Source: a virus
Lineage: Duplodnaviria > Caudoviricetes
Reading direction: 5' to 3' (one strand)
DNA: 64,000 nucleotides
IMG/VR virus record: IMGVR_UViG_3300012979_000044
Location: 2,073 to 66,072 of that record
Shown: positions 1 through 8,754 of the stretch, one piece after another
Layout: every line of letters starts with the position of its first letter
Numbering within the stretch: position 1 is the stretch's first letter
The notes under the pieces: generated by a model
The model's database searches: none
What the model saw: the letters and a program-made list of their open reading frames with translations, nothing else
What the model was told of the DNA's origin: nothing
Made by a program: the position numbers and the translations under genes

Positions 1-1061
1 TCATCGATGTAATAAGACTGACCATTTGCTTTGATCAATGAACCAAATGGATTGTCCGGATCGCTCTTGATCTCTTTAAGAGCAGCCAGTTTACCATTCT
101 TTTCTTTTTTGTTTGAGTTGAAGATTACGTCAACTCCGGGAGGCATCCCTTCACCATCAGTTAGAATAGCCATACCCTTTATGTAATGTGTGTCATCAAC
201 AAGAATACGAACCTGTGAGTATGTATCTTTACCAAGACTTAAGTCTTTGACACCTCGTCTGATTTCGATAAGTCCATCTCGTTCAAGACCGCCAGTCTCA
301 GCATAACGAACCATAAGTCTGTTTGAATCCATGGAGGCAGGATGCTGGAACTTAGTGAATGTTTCACCATCGTCGTGTGATGTGTATTCACTGATGGTTC
401 CTACTTCGTCCATCTTATAGATGTCTTTATGCTGCTTACTAGGAATAGTAAGTACAGTCTGGTTTGTCTGCTGTCCAGGGTTTGTAGGCTGCTTGATACC
501 GCCTTTGTATACGTGATAACCTTCACGAGTCTCAAGATAATAAAGCGCATCTTCGAGCTTTGTTCTTGAGATACCGAGTTCGATCTCGACACCGGGACCA
601 ACGTCGATCATACCCTTCTTATCGGCATGCTCTTTAAGAAGCTTAACTGTTTCCATAGCCTTGTTCATTCTGGCTTCGGAATCTACAGAAAGGAGGCTAC
701 GAACTGTTGATTCATTGATACCCATCTTTCGACCGATTTCAGTATTACCGAGACCGTCTTCTTTCAAAGACTTAGCAGTTGCAACTTCGAGCTTACGTCT
801 CTCATAGTTAGCCCATGACTTCTCTCTACGATAGTCATTCATAGACATGCCAAACTCTTTCTTGATGTTTTCGGCGGTCTCAGTCCAACCGCGTTCTTTG
901 AGTATGTCGACTCTAGCCTGGAAATCCAGACCATGCTGATAAGGATCTTTACCGCTTCCATAAGGATAACGACCCGAACGTCTCTTTACACCATAGTGTT
1001 CGAGTTTACTAGGGTCTTCAGCGACACCATAGTAAGACATCATTTCATCAGCTAAAGACAT
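1..1061 (-). CDS. Large phage protein, N-terminal ~353 aa, runs off the left edge; HTH near the N-terminus; possible phage RNA polymerase
   Basis: Hand-translated open frame MSLADEMMSYYGVAEDPSKLEHYGVKRRSGRYPYGSG...GNTEIGRKMGINESTVRSLL...DPDNPFGSLIKANGQSYYID; GGAGG RBS upstream; absent from the ORF track because it has no stop in the window. Confidence is for the CDS; the RNAP call is much weaker. Confidence 0.85.
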   Translation of the reverse strand, partial: MSLADEMMSYYGVAEDPSKLEHYGVKRRSGRYPYGSGKDPYQHGLDFQARVDILKERGWTETAENIKKEFGMSMNDYRREKSWANYERRKLEVATAKSLKEDGLGNTEIGRKMGINESTVRSLLSVDSEARMNKAMETVKLLKEHADKKGMIDVGPGVEIELGISRTKLEDALYYLETREGYHVYKGGIKQPTNPGQQTNQTVLTIPSKQHKDIYKMDEVGTISEYTSHDDGETFTKFQHPASMDSNRLMVRYAETGGLERDGLIEIRRGVKDLSLGKDTYSQVRILVDDTHYIKGMAILTDGEGMPPGVDVIFNSNKKEKNGKLAALKEIKSDPDNPFGSLIKANGQSYYID

Positions 1062-1064
1062 GGT

Positions 1065-1721
1065 TTATACCTCCTTATTCATAAACTTTGCCATTTCTTT
1101 ATCCTGGTCGATTATCTGATTCATAATGTCACGAATATCTTCGACTTCAGGATTATGAAACTTGACTTCTTTGCTTTGATAGATTCTTAACTCTATTTCA
1201 ATAGTTTCTGGTTTGACTTTGTATTCCAGACAGAAAAGAGCAGCATATATCATAAGCTGATCCATCTTGACAGAGCCAGTACCAGTTTTCAAATCATGGA
1301 TTCTCAACATACGGCCATCAAAAGATATTGTATCGGCTGTTCCGAAGAATATGTCCGAATACACAAGAAGTTGTTCTGTTGTCATTCGAAATCCTATAGC
1401 GTCATTCACGTAGACCATTAGGTTTTCAAATATTGCTGCAAGATCCACATAATCAACAATGTAACGAGGTATACACTGCGTGTCATTGTCGAGCAGATAT
1501 ACTTTGTACAGTTTCATGTCACTTTTACTAAGTTTGATTCTTTCTCGTATCATGGTCTCAGCAAAAGCATGTGATACTGTTCCAATGGTCGGTATCCATC
1601 TTGTGATGTATCGATTAATATTTTCGTCAATCGATTTACCTAACCAGTACGGTTGGCTTGCACTGAACGGTGCGTGCAGCCCTTCAAGATTCTTGTGGTT
1701 TGAAAACTGAAATGAGTTCAT
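1065..1721 (-). CDS. PD-(D/E)XK / Cas4-like exonuclease
   Basis: GTAD...IHDLKTG...QLMIYA nuclease motifs; GGAGG RBS. Confidence 0.7.
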   Translation of the reverse strand: MNSFQFSNHKNLEGLHAPFSASQPYWLGKSIDENINRYITRWIPTIGTVSHAFAETMIRERIKLSKSDMKLYKVYLLDNDTQCIPRYIVDYVDLAAIFENLMVYVNDAIGFRMTTEQLLVYSDIFFGTADTISFDGRMLRIHDLKTGTGSVKMDQLMIYAALFCLEYKVKPETIEIELRIYQSKEVKFHNPEVEDIRDIMNQIIDQDKEMAKFMNKEV

Positions 1722-1736
1722 TTAATACGGCCTCCT

Positions 1737-2216
1737 TTATATCCATTCAAAGTGATATCCTCGATGCGATGACTGCCTTCCATGTTTACAGTCTGTAATA
1801 CCTCGAACATCGCCGTGTATATCGCGAGCACAATCGCTCATGGAGTCATATATTTTTCCGGTTTCAACTACTTTCACTCGTACAGTTCGTGGAGGTTTTT
1901 TCAAACCAGTGTCATAGGCATGTTTGATATTTACGCTACCGGTACACCACTCCAGATTAGAAGCGCGATTATTTCGTTTGTTACCGTCAATATGGTTCAC
2001 TTCACGATCACCAGGTTCTTTATTGCAGAACGCCTCGGCTACTAATCTGTGAACTTTTTTAGTTTCGGATTTTCTGTTTTCATACAATGTAACCAGACTA
2101 TACCCCTTTGGATTTCGTCCTGGTTTCAAAATTTTTTTCGTAGTTTTGTTTCTAACATTTCCGTCGTCACTGACTTCATAATTAGAAAACCCATTAATCG
2201 GTTTCCAGTCTTTCAC
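1737..2216 (-). CDS. NUMOD4-HNH homing endonuclease
   Basis: WKPINGFSNYEVSDDGNVR (NUMOD4), VHRLVAEAF, VNHIDGNKRNNRASNLEW (HNH). Confidence 0.9.
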   Translation of the reverse strand: MKDWKPINGFSNYEVSDDGNVRNKTTKKILKPGRNPKGYSLVTLYENRKSETKKVHRLVAEAFCNKEPGDREVNHIDGNKRNNRASNLEWCTGSVNIKHAYDTGLKKPPRTVRVKVVETGKIYDSMSDCARDIHGDVRGITDCKHGRQSSHRGYHFEWI

Positions 2217-2236
2217 AATGCAATCTCCTTTCTCTC

Positions 2237-2530
2237 TTAACGAAATACTTCTTGTAATTCAGAAAGCACTTCGGTTTTATTCTCTGGGAATATGAATCTC
2301 GAAAACGACATCTTATTCATAAGATCGACATAGTAATTCTGATTCGGTCTGTGCGAAGCTTTAGCCGACTTCTTGCATTCGAGGGTTGCCCACTTGTCAT
2401 TGAACAAGATCAAAAGATCAGGTATACCCTGAATATCACCCGAATCTAATTTGGTTACGATGCAACCGGGAAAGAGTGATTTCAATTCTTTCTTGAGTTT
2501 TGCTTGAAACTCGGATTCTTTTTTACCCAT
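2237..2530 (-). CDS. VRR-NUC domain nuclease
   Basis: ESEFQ...GIPDLLIL...LECKK...PNQ; start moved to MGKKESEF, which has a GGAG RBS. Confidence 0.8.
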   Translation of the reverse strand: MGKKESEFQAKLKKELKSLFPGCIVTKLDSGDIQGIPDLLILFNDKWATLECKKSAKASHRPNQNYYVDLMNKMSFSRFIFPENKTEVLSELQEVFR

Positions 2531-2706
2531 GAGTCTTCTCCTTTCAAAAGAACGCTCAAAAACGAAAAGAGATCGATGACCGCAATTCAAGCAGTTTTCA
2601 TCTCTTCTCTTCATAAAAGGGCATGTTTTTTTCGCGAATCCAAAAATGTTGAGAGAGGGCAAAAAGAAAAGAGGCTGCAATAATTGCTAACCTCTGATCT
2701 TTGGTT

Positions 2707-2892
2707 TTAATTTTCAGTGTCCTTCGTCATTTCTTCAAGTTCTTTCATCTCTTTGTAACCTTCGATTATGATTGGTGCAAGACCTACCACAATACATACA
2801 CCGTTCAGTACAATTGTACCGAGCCAATGTTTCTTGTAGAAGCGTACTGTCTCCTTACATAATTCGCCGTAGTCTTTGAAAAATTCTTTCAT
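2707..2892 (-). CDS. Small membrane protein
   Basis: GGAGG RBS; one hydrophobic segment; lies between motif copy and terminator. Confidence 0.75.
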   Translation of the reverse strand: MKEFFKDYGELCKETVRFYKKHWLGTIVLNGVCIVVGLAPIIIEGYKEMKELEEMTKDTEN

Positions 2893-2994
2893 GATAAAAG
2901 ACCTCCTTTTAATTTTTTTCCATAATAGGAGGTGTAATTTGCGCGTATGAACAAAAGGAAGAGCCCGTGTTAGAGCTCTCCTATTAAGACAATA

Positions 2995-3354
2995 TCATTT
3001 GCTATTATTCAGATTTTCGCCTATGAGTATGAATTCCGTAAAATTACTTATGATTGCGTCTTCATCACATCCATCAAGCAAATGCTCGCCGACAACGCCT
3101 AAATCTTTCAGCATGTAGCCTGTCTCGTTTGGACCCGCTGAGAGAGCAAGCGTAATTACGTTTTTACCTTTGTATCTTTTATTCACACGTTCATTAATGG
3201 TACGTGAGACAATATTCATGATATCGTCGGGTTCTTTCGTTACACGCTTTGTCTTCAGCAGATAGCCAGCCGCTCCGCCAATTAAAGTGGCGCTTATCGT
3301 TAAGCATATTTCGCCGGTATGTTCCTTCAGCCAATTTTTAATTTTAGTACTCAT
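2995..3354 (-). CDS. Hypothetical protein with N-terminal TM segment
   Basis: Start moved to MSTKIKNW (GGAGG RBS). Confidence 0.75.
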   Translation of the reverse strand: MSTKIKNWLKEHTGEICLTISATLIGGAAGYLLKTKRVTKEPDDIMNIVSRTINERVNKRYKGKNVITLALSAGPNETGYMLKDLGVVGEHLLDGCDEDAIISNFTEFILIGENLNNSK

Positions 3355-3432
3355 ACTAAGTACCTCCTTTAATAATATTTGAGAATTGTCTTTTCTCATA
3401 ATATAAACTGTAAACCTCGCGTCCTTAGCCGT

Positions 3433-3860
3433 ACTTACACAACACTTACACAACACTTACACAACACTTACACAACACTCACACGAATCACACCCCAAAC
3501 CCCACCCAAAATCCCGCCAAAACCGCCCTTTGGTCAAAAACCCACTTTTTCGTCCAGTTTTCCTATTACTATATATATTTTTTAAAATTTAATAATTAAT
3601 AGAGAAAAAAAGTGGGAAAGTGGGCAGAAACGCCGCAAACGACGGTATATAGCCAAAAACTGCCTGCCCACTTTTAAAATGAAAGTGGGCAAAAGTGGGC
3701 AAAAGTGGGCAAAAACATGACAATAAATTTGTCAAGACCGTTTTTTGCCCAAAAATCGCCCTTACGAACTCGTCAAAAAGTGACCAAAACCCACTTTCTG
3801 GTCAAATAAAAATGACCATGGTCAAACAAAAGTGACCAAATCTTGACAATAAATTTGTCA
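3433..3860. repeat. Repeat-rich non-coding region, probable replication origin
   Basis: 4x ACTTACACAAC (3433-3476); direct and inverted AAAGTGGGC/CCCACTTT repeats (3537-3797); AT-rich tract near 3570-3610; 2x TGACAATAAATTTGTCA (3718-3734, 3844-3860). Confidence 0.65.
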
Positions 3861-3875
3861 TAAAAGTAAAAGGAA

Positions 3876-3895
3876 GAGGCTATGTTTCAAGCCTC
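3876..3895 (-). terminator. Intrinsic terminator with TGAAACAT loop
   Basis: GAGGCT-TGAAACAT-AGCCTC followed by T-rich tail. Confidence 0.7.
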
Positions 3896-4120
3896 GTTCA
3901 CTTTTCTCCATAAAAGATCTGGATCATAATCGAATAATTGAGCGTATGCGATACACCATACGTATGTAACTTTACCCGTATTTACATGACGCGCTACCAC
4001 CTGCCTCGAACAATGTAACTTCTTAGCTACATCACCACAAGACATGTCGTACTCAATCATGCTTATAAGTAACCACTCACCAAATGGTGTAGTCGGATTC
4101 ATGTCAAATACTGATTTCAT
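3887..4120 (-). CDS. Small HTH-like protein
   Basis: MSCGDVAKKLHCSRQVVARHV; GGAGG RBS before MKSVF. Confidence 0.65.
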   Translation of the reverse strand: MKSVFDMNPTTPFGEWLLISMIEYDMSCGDVAKKLHCSRQVVARHVNTGKVTYVWCIAYAQLFDYDPDLLWRKVNEA

Positions 4121-4172
4121 TGATCTCACCTCCTTCTATAACAGAATCTGCTAAGTACGCGTCCAAAACGAA

Positions 4173-4192
4173 GAGGCTATGTTTCAAGCCTC
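4173..4192 (-). terminator. Intrinsic terminator, identical to 3876-3895
   Basis: 22-bp identity AAGAGGCTATGTTTCAAGCCTC at 3874 and 4171. Confidence 0.7.
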
Positions 4193-4201
4193 ACTCGTAT
4201 C

Positions 4202-4654
4202 CTATGATTTTACATAGTCCGAAATATCGCCATCTACATTAAAGTCAAGTAATACCGCTTTTTCATATCCACACGGAACGCCTCCAGGAAGTTTACTGTA
4301 AAGACCAAAGTCCACAAAGCCGTCGCTAGGCACATCCTTCATACCATACAACCAGCCAACATTCTTAAATTCTTCCGACTCGGGTATTCCTAATGCTTCG
4401 TAAACCTCGCTCAAAAACAAATATCCTCTATCCTTCAACAACATATTAAAATAATGTTCCTGTTGCAGAATAAAGGCATAATTCGTTTCCGGGTTTCTCG
4501 TCCACATAGGACTACTTGCGTCGAAATATCTAGCATACTGACTGCAGCATAATCCAGAATCGCGTTCAACGGTCTTCGTTTCTGTTTTTGGTTCCTCCTT
4601 CTCTTCCATAATGTCGTCGAGTTCCATTTCAATGGTAATTTTAATTTTAGCCAT
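4202..4654 (-). CDS. Protein carrying the C-terminal half of the DUF6353-like family
   Basis: YARYFD...GYLFLSEVYEALG...VGW...VDFG...LLDFNVDG aligns by eye with the C-terminus of 22119-23054. Confidence 0.8.
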   Translation of the reverse strand: MAKIKITIEMELDDIMEEKEEPKTETKTVERDSGLCCSQYARYFDASSPMWTRNPETNYAFILQQEHYFNMLLKDRGYLFLSEVYEALGIPESEEFKNVGWLYGMKDVPSDGFVDFGLYSKLPGGVPCGYEKAVLLDFNVDGDISDYVKS

Positions 4655-4728
4655 GATACTTTTCTCCTTTTTAATATGATTAGTAACCTCTCGGTTCCAT
4701 AACAGCGTACGTAGCCCACGCGAAGAGC

Positions 4729-4771
4729 AAAACTAAAAGACCCATTTTTCAGGGTCTGATAGTTATTTGTC
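4729..4771. repeat. 43-bp exact direct repeat, copy 1 (copy 2 at 28038-28080)
   Basis: AAAACTAAAAGACCCATTTTTCAGGGTCTGATAGTTATTTGTC at both sites; includes a terminator hairpin. Confidence 0.9.
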
Positions 4772-4779
4772 AGTCTGTC

Positions 4780-4986
4780 TTAATCGATCTTAAGGTTGTC
4801 TTTACACCACATGTCGATTCTTCTCTGTACGTAATATACAGAACGATGCACCGCTTTAGCTATAAGTTCAACATCACAACCAACCTTGTGCATATGTATT
4901 ATACAAGCGTTAGTAACTATCTTGTTGATCCAATTGTGCTTTTCCTCCTTAGTCATCTTCTGTCCATCCTTAAAAATTTCGATCAT
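4780..4986 (-). CDS. Small HTH-like protein, paralog of 10662-10865
   Basis: MIEIFKDGQKMT vs MIEIIINGQKLT; IAKAVHRS vs IADTACCS. Confidence 0.7.
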   Translation of the reverse strand: MIEIFKDGQKMTKEEKHNWINKIVTNACIIHMHKVGCDVELIAKAVHRSVYYVQRRIDMWCKDNLKID

Positions 4987-5111
4987 GATAAATATCTCCT
5001 TTTCGATTAATGTAAGACATCACTGTCTTCATAAAGGAATACGTTCCTATCGCGTATCTAAGCAAAAAGAAAAGACCAAGTTGTTTTCACTCAGTCTCTT
5101 CTTTATCCCGT

Positions 5112-5357
5112 TCAGATTGCTACTTTTACTAAGTAAGTTTTGCCATTACTGTATTTAGCTTTTACCGTCTTAATTCCCATTCGTTTGATTGCCAAATGAA
5201 AACCTTTGTAGCAGTATATCGGATGTTTATATTCGTGCTCCTTGATATCCACTTCACAGATATCATGGTTTCCGTCCATAAACTCCTTTACCATCTCCTC
5301 AAGATAATGATGGCCGCTTTTACGGTTGGGAATTTTCTCCACAGGTACAAGTTTCAT
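5112..5357 (-). CDS. Hypothetical protein
   Basis: AGGAG RBS; lies within a motif-terminator cassette. Confidence 0.75.
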   Translation of the reverse strand: MKLVPVEKIPNRKSGHHYLEEMVKEFMDGNHDICEVDIKEHEYKHPIYCYKGFHLAIKRMGIKTVKAKYSNGKTYLVKVAI

Positions 5358-5418
5358 AGTAATAATCTCCTTTTAATATATATAGTAACCTAATAGGTTC
5401 CATAACAGTAGGTGAATA

Positions 5419-5808
5419 TTACGCGTCCTTAGCCTCTATTATGATATGCGATCGTCTGTTATATCTGTCTAGTACCGAAAAAGCTATCTGTTCTATTCTA
5501 TCGCGGTCATCGTCCGTCAGCCGATAATACAAATCAAAACCAGTAGATCCGTCGAAATCTTCAAAAACATAGTAATATGAACTCTGTCTAAACTCCTCAG
5601 GATAACGCTCGATCATTTCTACGAGATATATAGATACTAAATCGTAATACTTGTCTGGAACCACAGTCTGTCCAAGCTCATAATATTGATATGAATACAC
5701 CAATATACGCCTTTCCAAATGACCAATCATATCGATGATGGTAGCTCCTTCCCAAAAGATCATTAAACTATCAGTCTCAAATTTATATCCTTTACGTTCA
5801 ATAAGCAT
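5419..5808 (-). CDS. Stand-alone domain resembling the N-terminal (Ia) region of NAD+-dependent DNA ligase
   Basis: ILVYSYQYYELGQTVVPDKYYDL resembles the LigA YY-x6-D-x-x-YD pattern; no KxDG motif. Confidence 0.5.
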   Translation of the reverse strand: MLIERKGYKFETDSLMIFWEGATIIDMIGHLERRILVYSYQYYELGQTVVPDKYYDLVSIYLVEMIERYPEEFRQSSYYYVFEDFDGSTGFDLYYRLTDDDRDRIEQIAFSVLDRYNRRSHIIIEAKDA

Positions 5809-5861
5809 TTCGATTACCTCACTTTCATGAATTAGCCATTTGGTTAGTACGTATTTAATAT

Positions 5862-6074
5862 TTACTTACCTTTAAACTTCCATTTATACTTCAAAGGAAC
5901 TTTCTTCTTATCATGACCTACGTACATAGACACGACCTCAAAGTAATCCGGATTCAGTCTCTGCTGCTGTATGTATTCCTGCGCACCCTCGGGAGTCTGG
6001 AACGCCATGTACTCCAGATGAGATTTCCGTAATATAGCCATAGTTCGATTATTTCTTATAACGTATACGATCAT
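5862..6074 (-). CDS. Hypothetical protein
   Basis: Co-oriented ORF in gene string. Confidence 0.6.
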   Translation of the reverse strand: MIVYVIRNNRTMAILRKSHLEYMAFQTPEGAQEYIQQQRLNPDYFEVVSMYVGHDKKKVPLKYKWKFKGK

Positions 6075-6077
6075 GGT

Positions 6078-6908
6078 TTATTTCTCCTTAGTTCCTCCAG
6101 TAATGATCTCACTATACGGCAGTGTCTCGATCCACTCACAGAACTCATACCATTCATCCTGCTTATGAGTTTTACGGTCTCTATACATACCCACAAGAAC
6201 CTCATAGCTGAGCATGATAGTTCTCTTCTGATTATAGCTACTGGGGAGAAGCTGAATCATCTGCCACCAATAGCGATTCATCGCACCAGGACGGTCACTC
6301 ACCTTTTCACGAGGGTCGTCTTTATTCTTGAGATATTTGGTACGATAATGATTCAGGATGTTACAGGTCATCTGAATATAATGTTTAGGAGTGAAATAAC
6401 ACCAATGACCATCAACATCTACCGCCGCTAAAGCATTATCTTTTTCTATTTCATAACGCTCATCAAAAGCAAGCATATCTTCCGGTCCGAACAGATGCTC
6501 TGTTGAGAAATCGTCAAGAGTAAACTCCTTATCCGCAATCTTATGCATAGTTGAGCAAGAGTTCGCAACGGTTCCTATTTTATATGTATCAAATTCTTTC
6601 CACCAGTACAATGGCGCGGTAATATCAACATACACCACAATCATTCTACGATACTTTGCATGCACCGGACCACCCTTAGCAAGGTTGTTCATAAGTCCCA
6701 GATCGTTGGGGCCAACTATATACGTTTTTTCAACATCTGCAATATCAGCATTACACATACTTCCCTGAGGACAATCTTTACAGTGTACGGTATGTTCAGA
6801 GAGAGCACAAACGTTGCTGTCACTTCTATCCCAAGAATTCTTAGGATTACGCATACCTCTAATAGCAGCTTTCCAACCAACAACCTCTACGTTTTCAATC
6901 TTAATCAT
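6078..6908 (-). CDS. ThyX-like (flavin-dependent thymidylate synthase-related) protein, divergent
   Basis: AAIRGMRNP..SW, HAKYRR, APLYWWKEFDTYK, NSCSTMH, QLLPSSYNQ recalled as a phage ThyX-like family; start at MIKIEN. Confidence 0.55.
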   Translation of the reverse strand: MIKIENVEVVGWKAAIRGMRNPKNSWDRSDSNVCALSEHTVHCKDCPQGSMCNADIADVEKTYIVGPNDLGLMNNLAKGGPVHAKYRRMIVVYVDITAPLYWWKEFDTYKIGTVANSCSTMHKIADKEFTLDDFSTEHLFGPEDMLAFDERYEIEKDNALAAVDVDGHWCYFTPKHYIQMTCNILNHYRTKYLKNKDDPREKVSDRPGAMNRYWWQMIQLLPSSYNQKRTIMLSYEVLVGMYRDRKTHKQDEWYEFCEWIETLPYSEIITGGTKEK

Positions 6909-6999
6909 TTTTACTTTCCTCCTTAGCAACAGTCATTATACACATGATTCCCACACCTGCAGTACCGCCAAGTAAAGTACCAAGAATAAATCCTACCAT
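6901..6999 (-). CDS. 32-aa membrane peptide (DUF3789-like)
   Basis: Hand-translated MVGFILGTLLGGTAGVGIMCIMTVAKEESKND; GGAG RBS. Confidence 0.55.
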   Translation of the reverse strand: MVGFILGTLLGGTAGVGIMCIMTVAKEESKND

Positions 7000-7208
7000 C
7001 TCCACGCACTCCTATCATAACGTAATTCATTTAATGTCATACCGGGGGCGTCTTCAACCATCTGATCACGAGCGTATAACATATCCTCAATATCATCGAA
7101 ATATTCGTTCATAGCCATGCGCTCATCAAGTCCTTCGAACCAATCCTTAATACATGACGCTATAAGCAGTATCGCTAAAGCAAGGTAAAACATCATTAAA
7201 AGTTTCAT
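6993..7208 (-). CDS. Small membrane protein
   Basis: N-terminal hydrophobic helix; GGAG RBS. Confidence 0.65.
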   Translation of the reverse strand: MKLLMMFYLALAILLIASCIKDWFEGLDERMAMNEYFDDIEDMLYARDQMVEDAPGMTLNELRYDRSAWRW

Positions 7209-7298
7209 TTCTTTTTATTCTCCTTTTCGGTTTCTTTTTTAGCATTCTCGACATCCTTCTTGGATTTTCTCTGTAAATAATCCATATACTTCTCTGTC

Positions 7299-7754
7299 TC
7301 AGTCATAATAAATCTTCTCCTTCAAGTTTCTTTTGAATTTTTTCAATCTCAACAGACGGTCTTTCTGCTGTAATTCGTTGTCATAGTGAGCAATCTGACG
7401 ACACTCTTCCCAATGCTTCTCTTCCAGCGCCTTGATGTCAAGAGGATTCTCTACACTCTGCTTAGCTTTGATACACATAGCAGCGATCTGACATGCCTCA
7501 ATCGCTAAGTGAATAGCAGCATCCTTGGTCCTCAACAAATGCTCAACTGCGATCTTAGAGTTGTCGTTTCTGATCTGCTTCCATGCAATATCGAAATAGC
7601 GGTTAACGTCATTCAGAGCATCATCAACCTCGTACTTCTCCTCCGCAATAACCCCGTATGCTTCATGCAGCGAAGCAAACATCGGGAACTTCTCGTTAGC
7701 AGCTGTCAACTCCTTGTCAACAGCCGCAATAATATCTTCTCTTATAGCATCCAT
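7299..7754 (-). CDS. Possible all-alpha NTP pyrophosphatase (MazG-like)
   Basis: HEAYGVIAEEKYEV...EACQIAAM acidic helical pattern. Confidence 0.45.
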   Translation of the reverse strand: MDAIREDIIAAVDKELTAANEKFPMFASLHEAYGVIAEEKYEVDDALNDVNRYFDIAWKQIRNDNSKIAVEHLLRTKDAAIHLAIEACQIAAMCIKAKQSVENPLDIKALEEKHWEECRQIAHYDNELQQKDRLLRLKKFKRNLKEKIYYD

Positions 7755-8344
7755 TATTTTTTACTCCTTTCGTTCCAGGGAAAGCCGAAATCAGTTCTTT
7801 TGATTTTACATACAGGCTCGCCGTTCAGCCAGAATACGATGCCCTCTATCATATTTTTCTCAAGAAATGTTTTCACTGAATCAAACGTTCTTTTTATCAG
7901 GATACTATCCTCGCCATGTCTACATAACGTATCCAGAATATAACCATGAGGATTCCCTTGGAAATGAGGGCCTATCGCTTCATAAGTGCCGTCAAAAATA
8001 TCCATATGGCACTGTAACGTCCAAACACGATACTTATCATATGCTTCTATAAACCATTTATCGCCTGGGTCGTCGGGGTTTACCCTAACCCAATGAGGAT
8101 GATGACCGGTTATTGGATCGGGTTCACAACAGGGTATAGCTCCCTCAGGGGGTTTCTTTCCCTTTCTAGCATCGTATCTCTTATAGAATACACCATCGAT
8201 GATGGCACAGCAGCTACCATCATATTTAATGGTCGCTACTCCGTGAAGAAACGCCTCTTCACAACCAGGCGTAATCTCATCGGTAATGTCTACTATTCTA
8301 TGGTTCTCGAATACTCTTTTAAATAACGTTGGAATCTTTTTCAT
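7754..8344 (-). CDS. RNA-ligase-like nucleotidyltransferase (DUF5565-like)
   Basis: TIKYDGS (KxDG), YEAIG, EGIVF, CKIK motifs. Confidence 0.7.
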   Translation of the reverse strand: MKKIPTLFKRVFENHRIVDITDEITPGCEEAFLHGVATIKYDGSCCAIIDGVFYKRYDARKGKKPPEGAIPCCEPDPITGHHPHWVRVNPDDPGDKWFIEAYDKYRVWTLQCHMDIFDGTYEAIGPHFQGNPHGYILDTLCRHGEDSILIKRTFDSVKTFLEKNMIEGIVFWLNGEPVCKIKRTDFGFPWNERSKK

Positions 8345-8360
8345 TTTAGTCTTACTCCTT

Positions 8361-8753
8361 TTAATCGATTATCTCAGGTTCAACAGGAATCCACATCTTG
8401 GGGTTGAAATTGAGCGAATACTGATAGTTATCCACTACACCCTGAGTAATGTCCTCGACTACATACGTAACATTATCGGAAAGACCGATAAAATGCTTTT
8501 TATAACCTCCATCGCACTCAACAATAACCTCAAGCTGGTTATCACTCGTGTCTGCTTCAATGCTCATCTTACCAGTCATCTGGAATATTACGTCTCCCTG
8601 AAGACAATTAATAACTGTCAACTGACGAACGTCATTAAAGTTATCCGCCTCCTGGGATAAGTTATAGCTGACTCTATCAGCCTGAGTTGTTTCGCAGCCA
8701 GTGAAACAGCCAACTGCTAAGATACAAGATAATATAATTGCAAGTTTTTTCAT
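8361..8753 (-). CDS. Lipoprotein
   Basis: MKK + hydrophobic stretch + FTGC lipobox. Confidence 0.75.
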   Translation of the reverse strand: MKKLAIILSCILAVGCFTGCETTQADRVSYNLSQEADNFNDVRQLTVINCLQGDVIFQMTGKMSIEADTSDNQLEVIVECDGGYKKHFIGLSDNVTYVVEDITQGVVDNYQYSLNFNPKMWIPVEPEIID

Positions 8754-8754
8754 T

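Larger units (their letters stand above)
2612..5425 (-). promoter_or_regulatory. Seven copies of CGCG-N16-TTATG motif (cluster A)
   Basis: 25-bp copies at 2612, 2921, 3397, 4137, 4698, 5030, 5401, each directly upstream of an RBS and ORF. Confidence 0.8.

Noticed and set aside
1065-2530. Group I intron around the HNH gene
   Set aside because: Gaps are only 15 and 20 nt, both neighbours have their own start and stop, and no intron core is visible.
3379-3585. Plus-strand ORF over the 11-mer repeats (and the upstream extension of 2995-3456)
   Set aside because: Low-complexity translation of non-coding repeats; no RBS.
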